DNA of 64,000 nucleotides from Candidatus Thorarchaeota archaeon SMTZ1-45 (GCA_001563335.1 LRSL01000076.1:1-64000), one strand, 5' to 3'; positions 48,325-59,337 are shown, counted from the stretch's first letter. A program made the numbers and translations. The notes: generated from the letters alone by a model not told the origin.

Positions 48325-48990
48325 CTATTTCTTCATTCTCCACGCTTTGTCGAGAGGGTACTCGATGACGCCTAGAAAACCCATGTGTGCTTTAATTTTA
48401 GATAGCTGGTCATCGGAAACTACGACATTGTTATACTCACGTAGATGTTTCTTCAATTCCTGGGTGCTTAGTTCCTTCACTTTCTCTCCTTCAAAGATCT
48501 TAGTAATGAGCGCAGTCATGTCTTCGTAGAAATTCCATGGCCAAATCTCCCATGCCCATGCTACCTCTACACCAAAATAGTCTGGAACGAATTTAGACCC
48601 AGCAATATGCATCAATGTTGCACTTCTAACATCAGATGGTCCGCACTCTTTCACATGGTTGACTGCCATGGTGAGGCTCTCTCCAGTATCTGTGATGTCA
48701 TCAACAACGAGCACACTCTTACCAACAACATCACCTGTGAGAGGGCAGGTAAGCTTAGCTCTACCATCCTTTGTTGCTGTAACTCCCCAGTGATCAATCT
48801 TCACAGAGAAGAGATCCTTGACGCCAAGAAGATCACATTGAATTCTTGCATGGACCCACCCACCTCGTGCAATACCAACGATTGCATCAGGCTTCCATCC
48901 TGACTCTTTGATTCTTGCAGCAGTTTGGTATGCATAGTTATAGATGTCATCAAAATCAAGCACATAACATAATGAACCTTTCAGTTCCAT
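48325..48990 (-). CDS. Purine phosphoribosyltransferase (type I PRTase)
   Basis: IARGG, VLVVDDITDTGESL, WEIWPW. Confidence 0.88.
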   Translation of the reverse strand: MELKGSLCYVLDFDDIYNYAYQTAARIKESGWKPDAIVGIARGGWVHARIQCDLLGVKDLFSVKIDHWGVTATKDGRAKLTCPLTGDVVGKSVLVVDDITDTGESLTMAVNHVKECGPSDVRSATLMHIAGSKFVPDYFGVEVAWAWEIWPWNFYEDMTALITKIFEGEKVKELSTQELKKHLREYNNVVVSDDQLSKIKAHMGFLGVIEYPLDKAWRMKK

Positions 48991-49105
48991 AATAGTCAGC
49001 CACCGAGGTAACGATGTCTTTCAGACTATGATAAAAAGATGTTCATACCAATATGACCAGTAACAATAATAGGGTACCCCGCACTTGTTGACACTTTGAA
49101 TCATC

Positions 49106-49420
49106 ATGTCGAATGAAGAGAAATGTGTGGGCAAAGAACCTAGAAAGGTTATTGCGCGAGTGATAAGTCAGGAAGGGTACTGTGCAATCGGTCATAAAGT
49201 GGGCGACATTGTTGAGTTTGACCATTTTGGTGTGAAGGGTGATATCTGTGTGAATGCATTGTTCACCATGTTGCCAGTTGTCTATGCAATGATGCACAAT
49301 GCCTATTTCCCCTGGGCTGAGGACCAATGCAAAGAACTCCATGCATGCCCAGATCCTAAGAATCCTGTTGTCTTTGAATTAGACAGGACTCAACCCATGG
49401 AGCGCAAAGCATCGGGCTGA
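49106..49420 (+). CDS. TIGR04076-like small Cys protein
   Basis: C..GHKVGD, ICVNAL, ACPDPKNPVVFEL. Confidence 0.8.
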   Translation: MSNEEKCVGKEPRKVIARVISQEGYCAIGHKVGDIVEFDHFGVKGDICVNALFTMLPVVYAMMHNAYFPWAEDQCKELHACPDPKNPVVFELDRTQPMERKASG

Positions 49421-49422
49421 TT

Positions 49423-50262
49423 CTACAATAGTTCAACTGATAAAGAGTCAAACTTCCCTGGTTGATAGGATACTTGTATTGAAAAAGCCTCTCCTTCTTC
49501 GACTTCAATTGGATTGACTAATGGTATGAAGAGCTGTTTCCATCCATCTTCCATCTGAAGGTGTATATTATTCCATAGCTTTGATTCAAACACTCCTACA
49601 AGTCCATGGACAGTCCCACTATCTACAGCTTTGAAATGCAAAGTCCTATCAACCACAGTTTTTTCTTTCAGATTCATTAAATCAAAGGTTTCCAGAATTT
49701 CCATATCCGCCAGGTCTCTTATAGCACTGGGAGTTACTGTTTGAACAACTCGTGGAAACTGTAGGTTCCCATAGTAGAATCTCTCCCATATTTCAGAACT
49801 TTCAACTGGTACGATAAACACTGTAATCTCTTGAGGTAGAATCACTCCATCGATTTTCAGTACATACTCTACAGCATGGTGGCATGCAGGTATCTGCTGT
49901 TCAACGAGCATTATGGATGAAAGCATCTCGCAAATCACAACATCTGCCTTTTCGATAGGAATGAAGTCTGAAAAGCTCCCCTCAAAGAAATCAATGATGT
50001 TTTCCACAGAGTTCATCATCACAGCTTTTCTTGCATAATCCAAAGACTCCGGGTTTACGTCTATTGCTGTAACTCTATTTGCTCCCGCCTTTGCAGCAAG
50101 TATCGCTAAGACTCCCGATCCAGTTCCAATATCGACAACATAATCCCCTTTCTTTACGACGTTCCTGATAGCCTGATGGAACTTGTCCAAACGAGATCTC
50201 TGACCAAGGAGACTAGCTGCATGTAACACACTGAATGGAGTTGCATACTCTCGGTCGGTCAT
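49423..50262 (-). CDS. PRMT-like SAM-dependent methyltransferase
   Basis: VVDIGTGSGVLAILAAKAGA, DVVICEMLSSIMLVE (double-E loop), C-terminal barrel with GWKQLFIPL. Confidence 0.8.
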   Translation of the reverse strand: MTDREYATPFSVLHAASLLGQRSRLDKFHQAIRNVVKKGDYVVDIGTGSGVLAILAAKAGANRVTAIDVNPESLDYARKAVMMNSVENIIDFFEGSFSDFIPIEKADVVICEMLSSIMLVEQQIPACHHAVEYVLKIDGVILPQEITVFIVPVESSEIWERFYYGNLQFPRVVQTVTPSAIRDLADMEILETFDLMNLKEKTVVDRTLHFKAVDSGTVHGLVGVFESKLWNNIHLQMEDGWKQLFIPLVNPIEVEEGEAFSIQVSYQPGKFDSLSVELL

Positions 50263-50376
50263 CGTTTTTTGCCATATCACATCTTACTTATAATACAGAT
50301 GTGAGCCAACAACTGTCACACAAGAAGACAAGTTCTTGATGGACAACCGACACTGAGTGAGAAGGTTAGTACTGAC

Positions 50377-51537
50377 GTGTCTGAAGAAATCATCAACTCA
50401 GCAATGAAGGCTCTCGAGGAAGGACGTCCTCAAGATGCAATAGATGCACTTAAGCCACTTGTTGAAGAGGATGATGAGAATGTGGATGCACTTGTCTGTC
50501 TTGGAATGGCATATGTTCAAGCAGAAATGCCAAAAGAAGCTGTCAACGTTCTTGAACAGGCAGAGGAGCTTGTTGAACAACATTGCATTGTTGAACTATT
50601 CCTAGGCAGGGCTCTCTGGGCACTTGGCAAGATTGACCATGCAGAAGATAGGATTCGAGAAGCTCATAGACTCGATTCTTCAGAACCAGAGGTCTGGCTT
50701 GACTTGGCACGAATTCTATACAGAAAAAATGAGTATAGAGAAGCATTAGGATATCTCCAACAAGCTACTGAGAGATTTCCTGATGAAGTTGAATTGGTAG
50801 GTCTCTTTGCACTTACACTATACCGGTTAGGCGATTTTACAGCTGCTACTGAGGAGTGGGCTAAGGTCCACAGACTGAACACGGATCTAATGTCTGCAGT
50901 ATCAAACTACGCTTACCTTTTACTTATTCAAAATAGGATTTTTGAAGCTGCACCATTCGTTGGGCATGCGAATATTGTTGATCCTGATGACTATCGTGCC
51001 CAAATTCTTCTCGGTGAGCTTAGATTTCTAGCTGGTGAGCACGATGGTGCAAAGGAATGTTTCCAGCGTGTGGTTGATGAAGATCCCACGAATATTGAGG
51101 CTCTTTCCAGACTCGCTGTTCTTGCTCACTTGGCATGTGATGATCGTACATGCCAACATTTCTTGATGCGTGCAGAAGCTGAGCTTGGAAGAGATCCTGA
51201 ATCTTGGAGAGGTCTATGCGGAGTCTACCCTCTTTTAGGAATGAACGAAAAGTACATCGAATGTTTGGTTCGATGGACGAAATCAGATCTTGGAGCAGCT
51301 TCTCCTTGGGTGGCATTAGCTATTGAATATGATAAGCAAGGAAAACTAGAATATGCTCGAAATGCTTGGAGAGTTGTTTTCGAGCTAAGAGGGTACGTTA
51401 AGATACACTGCAAAAGTTGTAACACCGAGTCTAGATTTCCATACGATGAAACAAATGGATTTGATATTTACCAGTCTAAAGTATGTCATACCTGTGGTGC
51501 AAAGATTAACATGCCAGCTGGCCTCGCAGCTACATAA
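50377..51537 (+). CDS. TPR protein with C-terminal zinc ribbon
   Basis: Multiple TPRs; CKSC...CHTCG. Confidence 0.85.
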   Translation: MSEEIINSAMKALEEGRPQDAIDALKPLVEEDDENVDALVCLGMAYVQAEMPKEAVNVLEQAEELVEQHCIVELFLGRALWALGKIDHAEDRIREAHRLDSSEPEVWLDLARILYRKNEYREALGYLQQATERFPDEVELVGLFALTLYRLGDFTAATEEWAKVHRLNTDLMSAVSNYAYLLLIQNRIFEAAPFVGHANIVDPDDYRAQILLGELRFLAGEHDGAKECFQRVVDEDPTNIEALSRLAVLAHLACDDRTCQHFLMRAEAELGRDPESWRGLCGVYPLLGMNEKYIECLVRWTKSDLGAASPWVALAIEYDKQGKLEYARNAWRVVFELRGYVKIHCKSCNTESRFPYDETNGFDIYQSKVCHTCGAKINMPAGLAAT

Positions 51538-51550
51538 TGAGATGCTATAG

Positions 51551-52000
51551 ATGAACGAGAGAAGATATCCTTCTATTCCTATTCCTGGAGTAGGGGCAAT
51601 TGTTGTAGGACAAAAAGGTGTTCTTTTAGCCAGGCGTGATAAAGATCCAGGAAAGGGTCTCTGGAGCATCCCGGGAGGGGGTGTCGAGCTTGGCGAAACA
51701 CAGGAGGCTTCTGTAATTCGAGAAGTGGAAGAAGAAACTGGAGTGGAGTGTGAGGTAGTGGATTTTGTGAGTACTGCTGATTTAATAACTAGGGACTCAT
51801 CCGGAGCGGTTGAATTCCATTTTCTTCTAAACCATTTTCTCGCACGCGCAATTACTGAGAAGATACGTTCTGAAACTGAGGAGGGTGAGGTTAACTGGTT
51901 TCATCCTGATAGTCTTCCTGATGACATGGCTAGTCAAAGAATTGTAGATCTTATTCAATCAGTACATGATAGAATTCTCGTAATTATGAACGAAACATAA
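51551..52000 (+). CDS. Nudix hydrolase
   Basis: GGGVELGETQEASVIREVEEETG Nudix box. Confidence 0.93.
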   Translation: MNERRYPSIPIPGVGAIVVGQKGVLLARRDKDPGKGLWSIPGGGVELGETQEASVIREVEEETGVECEVVDFVSTADLITRDSSGAVEFHFLLNHFLARAITEKIRSETEEGEVNWFHPDSLPDDMASQRIVDLIQSVHDRILVIMNET

Positions 52001-52114
52001 GACACCAGTATTATACTACTATATATCAATAATTGATATTGCCACGAAATATAAAAGCCAACAGATAATCAGAGAGTACGAGTCTTTCCAGACATAAGGA
52101 CGTGTAGAAATACT

Positions 52115-52582
52115 ATGTTCAGAACAATAATGGCGTTACTAATTTGTTTAGTGACCGCAATCATAATCGGGGCTTTCCAAATACTTGGCCTCGACCTTGC
52201 AGGAATTCAAGCTATAATTGGTAGCTCAAATATCACTAATGAATTGATGGCAAGAGGCGCACTACTCTTTGGAACAATGTTGTTCCCATATACCGCAGCG
52301 ACCTCCGCAACACCCATTTACTCGCCACTTGTGGCACTTGGTGTTGCTGGTTTCATAGCTGGTCTTATTTCTAAGAGTGGAGTTAGGATGCTCTTTGTTT
52401 CAATCATTGCAATGGTTCTTTTCTTCCTTGGATTTTATGTCCTAAGCTACGCTGGAGATCCAACCAATGTTTCTGAAATGCTGAACATAGCTCGAACTTT
52501 TGCTATAGATTTCGGTGTTTCATTTGCGCTACTCTTTATACCTGGAATAATTGGTGCATCACTTACATCTGAGGACTACTAG
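52115..52582 (+). CDS. Membrane protein, hypothetical
   Basis: Four to five hydrophobic segments. Confidence 0.7.
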   Translation: MFRTIMALLICLVTAIIIGAFQILGLDLAGIQAIIGSSNITNELMARGALLFGTMLFPYTAATSATPIYSPLVALGVAGFIAGLISKSGVRMLFVSIIAMVLFFLGFYVLSYAGDPTNVSEMLNIARTFAIDFGVSFALLFIPGIIGASLTSEDY

Positions 52583-52626
52583 TTCTCTTGAGTGAAATGG
52601 GGGCCTGTTGCCCCCAATGACCTTTT

Positions 52627-54126
52627 TTAATCTGATTTACTAAGTTGATTTGCTAATCTATCTGAAGTCAGCTGTAAAAATTCATTCAAGTGAGTCTTCT
52701 GAATGAACGCTCCTGCAGCCATGGGATGTCCTCCAGCTTCGGCAACCAATGCACCAATTCTCTCATTAAGCATGTCTGCAACTTCTACAAATACTTCTTT
52801 GAGATTCACACCAATTTCTACAAGTTGTTTGTGAGCTCGACCAGATAACTTAGCCAAGGGACTATCATCAGTTGTGTTTGTACTGATCCCGATAACTGGT
52901 TTATTTATTGGGATAATCATAGATCCTTGCGCCATACCGATTACAATACCAATTATAGTATCAGGAGTATCTGGATCATCAACAACATACATACCCTGCA
53001 TCTCAATGTAACCATCCTCCTCGAGGCGTCGGAGTGCACTTGCTAGGTTCACTCTATGTTGTTGAAGTAGCGTTGTTCCTTCAGCAAAAGCCTCAGAGTC
53101 TTGCATACATACTCTTACTCCTACTTCTGGACGTCTGTTTCTTCCACACGCATTCAATAGCGTTGAGAATTCCTTTGCGCTTCGCATCTCCGTCTTTGGG
53201 GGTCTATGAGTGAGTACAATGGTATCACCAATTATTCCCTGAGCGATACTTGGATCATCATAATGCTCAAGAACTACTTGGATGACGCCTTGAATTGCTA
53301 TTTGTTTCTCCTCTGATTCAAGGTCCACCCATGTCCTCCACTCATCCCCAGCCTTAAGGTCAATGCTGAGGTTCTGAAAGAATGCATAACATGCCTCCTC
53401 AGATCCAGTTAATCCAGGAAGGTACGGGTCTGTCGCATATTGAAGAAGATATGGTAAAGGTCGAGTGTGAATACCAAAGAAAGTGAGGTCTCTAACAACT
53501 TGGAGGTATCCATATGTTTCTCCTAATTCTACTATTTTTCTATTGAGTCCAACAAAACCTCTTCCATAGTAATCTTGCAGGTCTCCAGTAGCTCCCACAA
53601 TAGCCAACTCTGTTAGGTCTATATTCTTATTCGAAACAAAGAGAGCAAGAAGAAAAGCTGTTCCCGCTCCTGAAAGGTCATAACTTCCACTTATGCCATG
53701 CTGCCAAGGATTGATTTCTATTATTTTAGATGATACAGCTTGTTGAGTTGACTCCACGGAATCATCAGACGGTAAATGATGGTCAAGAATGATCACAGAG
53801 TTGACACTATCAATATCGTGTACGTGATTCATTACCAACTCCATTTGACCAGTTCCAAAGTCGCTGAAAATCACCAAATCTGGTCCATAATTTCGAATAT
53901 TCTCCTCAATTTGAATAATAGATTCAGAATTGATTTGGTGAACATTCTTCCACTCAAAGTCTTTTTTTTCTCGCTCCAACATAATTGAGATTATAGCAAG
54001 AGCAGAGATACCATCCGCATCTATGTGTGAGAAAGCAAAGACCCTTCTTGCCCTCTTAACTTCTTTAGCAGCTTTAAGAAGTAACTTCCCCATTGACTCT
54101 GGTATAGACTCGTATAGGCTCTCCAT
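52627..54126 (-). CDS. Archaeal RecJ/GAN (Cdc45-related) DHH exonuclease
   Basis: HIDADG, SDFG, LDHH, GATGD, LLNACGR, C-terminal GGH..AAG. Confidence 0.88.
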   Translation of the reverse strand: MESLYESIPESMGKLLLKAAKEVKRARRVFAFSHIDADGISALAIISIMLEREKKDFEWKNVHQINSESIIQIEENIRNYGPDLVIFSDFGTGQMELVMNHVHDIDSVNSVIILDHHLPSDDSVESTQQAVSSKIIEINPWQHGISGSYDLSGAGTAFLLALFVSNKNIDLTELAIVGATGDLQDYYGRGFVGLNRKIVELGETYGYLQVVRDLTFFGIHTRPLPYLLQYATDPYLPGLTGSEEACYAFFQNLSIDLKAGDEWRTWVDLESEEKQIAIQGVIQVVLEHYDDPSIAQGIIGDTIVLTHRPPKTEMRSAKEFSTLLNACGRNRRPEVGVRVCMQDSEAFAEGTTLLQQHRVNLASALRRLEEDGYIEMQGMYVVDDPDTPDTIIGIVIGMAQGSMIIPINKPVIGISTNTTDDSPLAKLSGRAHKQLVEIGVNLKEVFVEVADMLNERIGALVAEAGGHPMAAGAFIQKTHLNEFLQLTSDRLANQLSKSD

Positions 54127-54201
54127 TTTTCCCAGTAGAGTGTCTATACATGCAGAATATAAGTTGGGTGCTCTTTTATAGCGAGTAAGAAAAGGTCGAA
54201 G

Positions 54202-54543
54202 TTATTCAGTCACTCTCATTGCTCTTGATAGTGCAAGAAATATTACTAGAAACACACTCGCAACAGCAGCCAGTGTCTTTGCCACTTTTTGCCACATTTT
54301 CAGAGGAATCTCCATTTCTCTTAGTTCATTTTTGATCTTCCTTAGATAAACTCGTGTTTCTGTGTATAGCGCGTCTTGATCATCCATCTTAGAAGAATAT
54401 TGAGCCCAACTTTCATACAGTGGTGATTCTGGTTTTTGCTTGAGCCATTCATCCCAAAGCTGAAGAATTTCATCGCGATGTGGTGAAGGGAATCCCTTGA
54501 TTGTTTCCCGGATTCGATTCTCCCAATCATCTGGCATTCTCAT
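54202..54543 (-). CDS. Small protein with C-terminal TM helix
   Basis: 113-aa ORF with AGAGGTG RBS. Confidence 0.6.
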   Translation of the reverse strand: MRMPDDWENRIRETIKGFPSPHRDEILQLWDEWLKQKPESPLYESWAQYSSKMDDQDALYTETRVYLRKIKNELREMEIPLKMWQKVAKTLAAVASVFLVIFLALSRAMRVTE

Positions 54544-54712
54544 ATATGTGCACCTCTTTTATTCCCGGCAGAGGGTTACTAGAGTGTTACTTTGTTTATT
54601 ATTAAGTTTTGACTGGTTTTTGTTTAATTTGTCATTTCGCGCGCGGAATTCCTTTTTATTTAAATATGGCTATTTTTTGTCTTCAAATCAGACCAAACAG
54701 GCAACTATTGTT

Positions 54713-55237
54713 CTATCTCATTTTTGAGATATCTTTGCTCCATTCCTTAATATCAGTTCGAAGTTTTGACAAATCTGCTGGACTTATTGTGTCCACTCTT
54801 CCGTAGGTTCGGAGGATTCGTGTCCATCTTTGCATCTTTACAATGATGGCGCTTGCGGCTCCTTTACCTTCGAGGATTTCAGCTGATTCATTGATCTTCT
54901 GAGCTAAATCACTGGCAATCACACCTTCTCTTACTTGCGTTTCAAGTGTGTCAAGTACTGATTGAAGATTGGACACAGCACTTTTGTCAGCTAAGCTCGG
55001 TCCTCCAGCTCCGGCAGCTACAGGAGCAGCTAGCTCTAGCTCCTTGACAAGTCGTATAATCTCATCAAGTCTCTCTGTGTTTGCATTGACTGCAAGAGTG
55101 AGCTCTGATGTGTTCTCTTGAACCTCAGTGATAGCTGAGATGACCTCAATCATTCTATTTAACATCTGAGTGAGTCTCTCGATAGCTCCATTAATGTCTG
55201 TGAGTTTTGCTCTGATGTATGTGTCTTCTTCGCTCAT
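54713..55237 (-). CDS. Helical/coiled-coil hypothetical protein
   Basis: N-terminal heptads, A/G linker, helical C-terminal domain. Confidence 0.65.
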   Translation of the reverse strand: MSEEDTYIRAKLTDINGAIERLTQMLNRMIEVISAITEVQENTSELTLAVNANTERLDEIIRLVKELELAAPVAAGAGGPSLADKSAVSNLQSVLDTLETQVREGVIASDLAQKINESAEILEGKGAASAIIVKMQRWTRILRTYGRVDTISPADLSKLRTDIKEWSKDISKMR

Positions 55238-55430
55238 TGTATTATCCCCGAATAAGAGAGCGCCTTTCCTGGCATGTAATGTCAGGTCTTTCCAATGTTT
55301 GAAGATTAAGCTTTCTGTGTTGTTTAATACGGAAGTCTATTTTCTTTCAAGTCCATAACCGAATACTAATATCTACTTTGTTGATTTTTGGGTTCTAATA
55401 TGGAGATTAAATTGGGAGGTCTACAGCATC

Positions 55431-55781
55431 GTGTATGTCATTAATTATAAAGAACGAGAAGAAACTTATGTTGAATTAGCTGGTTCAAAGAATGTTATGA
55501 TGCGCTGGCTTGTTGGTAGAAGGACTGGGGCAAAGACATACGCTATGCGTCATTTTGAGGTAAAACCTGGTGGAATAATCCCTCTACATTCACATCATGA
55601 AGAACATGAAATCTTTGTCCTGGAAGGAGAGGCTAAAGTCCTTGGTGATGTTGAAGGCTTAATTGCAAAAAAAGATGATGTCGTTTATGTTCCATCAGAT
55701 TTGCCGCATGGTTATGACAATACAAAAGGTACGAAACCTTTTCGTTTCATTTGTGTAATTCCACTTCTCGAAAAAGAGTAG
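55431..55781 (+). CDS. Cupin domain protein
   Basis: PLHSHHEEHEIFVLEG; YVPSDLPHGY. Confidence 0.9.
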   Translation: MYVINYKEREETYVELAGSKNVMMRWLVGRRTGAKTYAMRHFEVKPGGIIPLHSHHEEHEIFVLEGEAKVLGDVEGLIAKKDDVVYVPSDLPHGYDNTKGTKPFRFICVIPLLEKE

Positions 55782-55829
55782 GTACTTTTTTCTTTGTGAC
55801 TACACATTCGTGAAGGTGGAGCTGATATC

Positions 55830-56636
55830 ATGAATCTGCGTGATAAAAAACTCTGGGTCTTTGATGTTGATAATACGTTAATTCATGATGTTGAGCATCC
55901 CACTCCCTTCGATGATGCTTTGAAGTTGTGGAATGCACTGATCGAAAAAGGATACAATGTCGCGATTCTTACGAATGTTGGTCGACTTTCATCTCGACAA
56001 GTCTACCAGGCAATTTCAAAAGCTGGTTTCAAGATACCTGTAGAACAAGTTTTCACTGCTGGTGCAGCAGCCGCTGCTTATGTACACAACAGAGCACCAG
56101 GAGCAAGATGTTTCGTAATTGGCGAAGGTGGGGCTCAGGAAGACTTTATCGCAAGGGGCTTAGACGTTACTAATAATCCGCCAATTGATTTTGTCGCAGT
56201 TGCTGCTGACCGAGGGATGACATTTCAGGAGCTTAATTTTGCCACTAGAATGGTCAAAGAAGGAGCCCAACTAATCTGTATTAGTGGAAGTAAGGACTAT
56301 CCTGGAATCTATCTAGGGACTGAAGATACTTTCATAGGTGAGCGGTCTATTGTAGCTGCGATAGAACATGCTACTGGTGTGGATTCTGTCGTTGTTGGAA
56401 AACCACTTCCAGAGATTCTCATTGAAACTGTAAAGGTTCTTGGATACAAAACCTCGGACTCTGTAATGGTTGGTGATAATCCAAAATCTGATATTGCTGG
56501 TGGGAATGCGGCAGGGATGACTACAATCTTGGTTAAGCGAGACCCTAATAACATTGTGGCTTTTGAATCAGAGGATTATGATAGCACACCAACAATCACT
56601 GTAGAATCTCTTGAAGAGTTAATATCACAAATATAG
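55830..56636 (+). CDS. HAD-IIA (NagD-like) hydrolase
   Basis: FDVDNTL, LTN, GKP, MVGDNPKSDI. Confidence 0.9.
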   Translation: MNLRDKKLWVFDVDNTLIHDVEHPTPFDDALKLWNALIEKGYNVAILTNVGRLSSRQVYQAISKAGFKIPVEQVFTAGAAAAAYVHNRAPGARCFVIGEGGAQEDFIARGLDVTNNPPIDFVAVAADRGMTFQELNFATRMVKEGAQLICISGSKDYPGIYLGTEDTFIGERSIVAAIEHATGVDSVVVGKPLPEILIETVKVLGYKTSDSVMVGDNPKSDIAGGNAAGMTTILVKRDPNNIVAFESEDYDSTPTITVESLEELISQI

Positions 56637-56680
56637 GCAACTCGCAATACTCAAAGGGACGGTAGCGAAATACCTCATTC

Positions 56681-57373
56681 ATGACGCATTTGGAAAGACC
56701 GAATATTCGTTTCGAAGTAGACAGACCTGGACTCAGTGTTGGAATGGTCATACTTAAGGACATTAAGGTTGGTCAATCTACTTCATCATTCGAAATGTAT
56801 GAGATGGAAACATTCAAAGAAATTCGGTCTAGCATGACACTCGAGGAAGCGAAGGACGATCCAATTTTCCGGTCGTATCGAGACCTCTACTGGACTTTTG
56901 GTATGGATCCAACAAAGCTTCGTGTGTCCAGTGAGGCAGTTCTACGTAGAATTCTCAAGGGCTTGAATCTATGGCGAATATCTGACATTGTAGATATTAT
57001 CAACCTTGCATCAGCTTATCACAAGATACCAATCGGTCTTATCGACGCATCAAAGTTGAAAGGGAACCTTGTTATTCGAACAGCGAGCAAGGGGGAAGTA
57101 TTCCAAAGGATTGGAGGAAAGACAATCGTCTGTCGAGGACGAGAAATTGTCGTAGCAGATGACGAGAAGATAGTATGTTTTGGCTATGCTACTCATGACT
57201 CAGAGCGTACGATGATCACTAAGACGAGTAAAAGAGTTCTTGTCCTTCTTTATGGAGCCAAGGGAGTTTCAAAACCAATGATGAATGAAGCATTGAGAAT
57301 AACACTTGATATGATTGACCAATGGTTGGACTGCAAAGTTTCTGAACCATTGATTTTCGATTCAGAATCTTAA
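56681..57373 (+). CDS. Stand-alone B3/B4 (PheRS-beta editing-like) domain protein
   Basis: YRDLYWTFGMDPTKLRVSSEAVLRR, VDIINLAS, PIGLID. Confidence 0.85.
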   Translation: MTHLERPNIRFEVDRPGLSVGMVILKDIKVGQSTSSFEMYEMETFKEIRSSMTLEEAKDDPIFRSYRDLYWTFGMDPTKLRVSSEAVLRRILKGLNLWRISDIVDIINLASAYHKIPIGLIDASKLKGNLVIRTASKGEVFQRIGGKTIVCRGREIVVADDEKIVCFGYATHDSERTMITKTSKRVLVLLYGAKGVSKPMMNEALRITLDMIDQWLDCKVSEPLIFDSES

Positions 57374-59337
57374 AACTCTAGAAATGGCTGCCCAAGGATT
57401 ATTCTCTCGAGTAGGCTATTCTTACTCGCTTTATTCACCATCTGTTCGAATTCTTTCTTTAATCGATTTTCATCAACATATTCTGGTTCCTTGATACCCA
57501 TACTATTGACAACCATCTTGAGCATATACTCAAACTCATAGATGAGGTAGTCTTCCTTTCGAGTTTTGCCCTTTCTTGTCACTTCTTTCTTGACCTTCTT
57601 GGCCAATCCTTGTTTGATTGCCTCCCTTGTTTCAGTCAAATAGAATGACATCGATTTCTCATAATGCAGCTCCCCTCTTGTGACGAGTTCCTTCAAGAAT
57701 GGCAAGCCAAAAGTCCTTCTAGCAATTGCTTCAATCCTAGCGACAAATCCATTGATGATATCTTCATAGGAGAGCAGTCCTGCTTGCCCTCGTGTTTCAA
57801 AGACCTTGTCTGTAACCTTTGCAGACTTGAACTTCTCCTTCTTCTCAGCTAGAAGTTTCTCTCTCTCTAGGCGGGCTGCTTCATCTGCTTTTCTTTTCTC
57901 CTCCTCCAGACGTTTTCTTTCAGCCTCTTTCTTTGCCTCCTCAATCTTCTTCAGTTTCTCTTGTCTGGCTTTCTCCCTCTCAGCAGCCTCTTGTTTTTCT
58001 CGTGCTATGCGTTCCTCCTCGAGCTTCTTGAGGATTTTCTCTTGCTCTGTCCTCAATTTTTGCATATGAGTCTGAACATCCTTCTCAGTAAGTGTGATGT
58101 GTTTTGTGAGAAGCCAACGAACACCTATGTGATTCACTTTGGGTTTAAGGTCCGCGGAGGAGAAGATGAAGCTGGCAGTTTGCTGGCCTGGAAGTTGAGT
58201 TATGATTTCTTCTGATTCTTTTTCACCAGCAATTGGCTCTAATATTCGTTCGAGAACCTTTAGTGATTGCTCGCTACTAATTCTGCCTGCTGAAATTGTG
58301 TTGAATTGTTCGAATGCTTTGTAATCAATATCTTTTGGGCTTTGAGTGGCAATAAGACACTCGACACCATATTTCCGTGCTTGTCGGAAAAGTAGTAGAA
58401 ATGTTTCCTTGGGCCCTGGAGCTCTCATTCCTGCGGGAATGAATGGAGCCGCTTCATCTTGGAAAATCATCATACGTGGCTTCTCAGTAAAGCCTTGTCT
58501 TAGCATCCATGAGTATAACTGATTTAGAACAATTGCAATGAAGAAATGTTTCTCTTCTTCGCTCCTTAGTGTTTTGAGAAAAATAACATTGATTGGGGTC
58601 TTACCATTAACCGGTTGAGTTAGATAATCAAAATCTATCTCACCTTCTTCTTTGAAGAGGAGTTGCGAAGAACCGACTGTAAGACTTCTTATTCGAGTCG
58701 CTAAAGTTTGTCTCTCAGAGAACTTCATAAAAGGTTCAAGATCGACTCCTACCGTTTCTTTATCTGCAACTAACATATCCGCTAATTCTGATAATTCATC
58801 AATCTCAGTCTTCTCGTCTTCCCATATTGTTCTAAGAAGTTCATATATTGCTGCAAATGACTTTCCTTCCCAAGACCTTGACAGGCCTGAAACTTTCATC
58901 AGTACCTTGACTAGAGTCCTTGCTGAGTTATCTAGGAGTCGAATAATGTCATCTTGATCTGCATTTCTATCAGGAAGCTTCAATGGATTGATAGAGATGG
59001 CTAGTCCTTTGCTACTTGCGGGTGTATAGACTCTGACCAGAACTTTATCCATATACTCTTTGAGTCTTTCAGGTGGAACACCTTTCTCCGAAAGTTCCTT
59101 GGGATCGCCTGGTATCATTAGGGATGCAATGTCACCTTGTGGATCGAATGCAAGAATTGGAATTCCTTGCATAGCTGCTTCTTCTAAGATACACTTTGAG
59201 AGAACAGTCTTGCCCGATCCAGTCGAACCGAAAACTCCTCCATGTCGTCTAAGGAGATCAACACTCACTTCAAATTTTTCATCGGTTCGTTTTCCTTGCT
59301 CATCAAGCTTGTATCCTAACCAGAGTTTGTCACCCAT
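57370..59337 (-). CDS. HerA/FtsK-like ATPase (DUF87/DUF853 type) with charged helical extension
   Basis: RHGGVFGSTGSGKT, DPQGD, FQDEA, RQARKYG, ATQSP; K/E-rich stretch. Confidence 0.85.
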   Translation of the reverse strand: MGDKLWLGYKLDEQGKRTDEKFEVSVDLLRRHGGVFGSTGSGKTVLSKCILEEAAMQGIPILAFDPQGDIASLMIPGDPKELSEKGVPPERLKEYMDKVLVRVYTPASSKGLAISINPLKLPDRNADQDDIIRLLDNSARTLVKVLMKVSGLSRSWEGKSFAAIYELLRTIWEDEKTEIDELSELADMLVADKETVGVDLEPFMKFSERQTLATRIRSLTVGSSQLLFKEEGEIDFDYLTQPVNGKTPINVIFLKTLRSEEEKHFFIAIVLNQLYSWMLRQGFTEKPRMMIFQDEAAPFIPAGMRAPGPKETFLLLFRQARKYGVECLIATQSPKDIDYKAFEQFNTISAGRISSEQSLKVLERILEPIAGEKESEEIITQLPGQQTASFIFSSADLKPKVNHIGVRWLLTKHITLTEKDVQTHMQKLRTEQEKILKKLEEERIAREKQEAAEREKARQEKLKKIEEAKKEAERKRLEEEKRKADEAARLEREKLLAEKKEKFKSAKVTDKVFETRGQAGLLSYEDIINGFVARIEAIARRTFGLPFLKELVTRGELHYEKSMSFYLTETREAIKQGLAKKVKKEVTRKGKTRKEDYLIYEFEYMLKMVVNSMGIKEPEYVDENRLKKEFEQMVNKASKNSLLERIILGQPFLEF

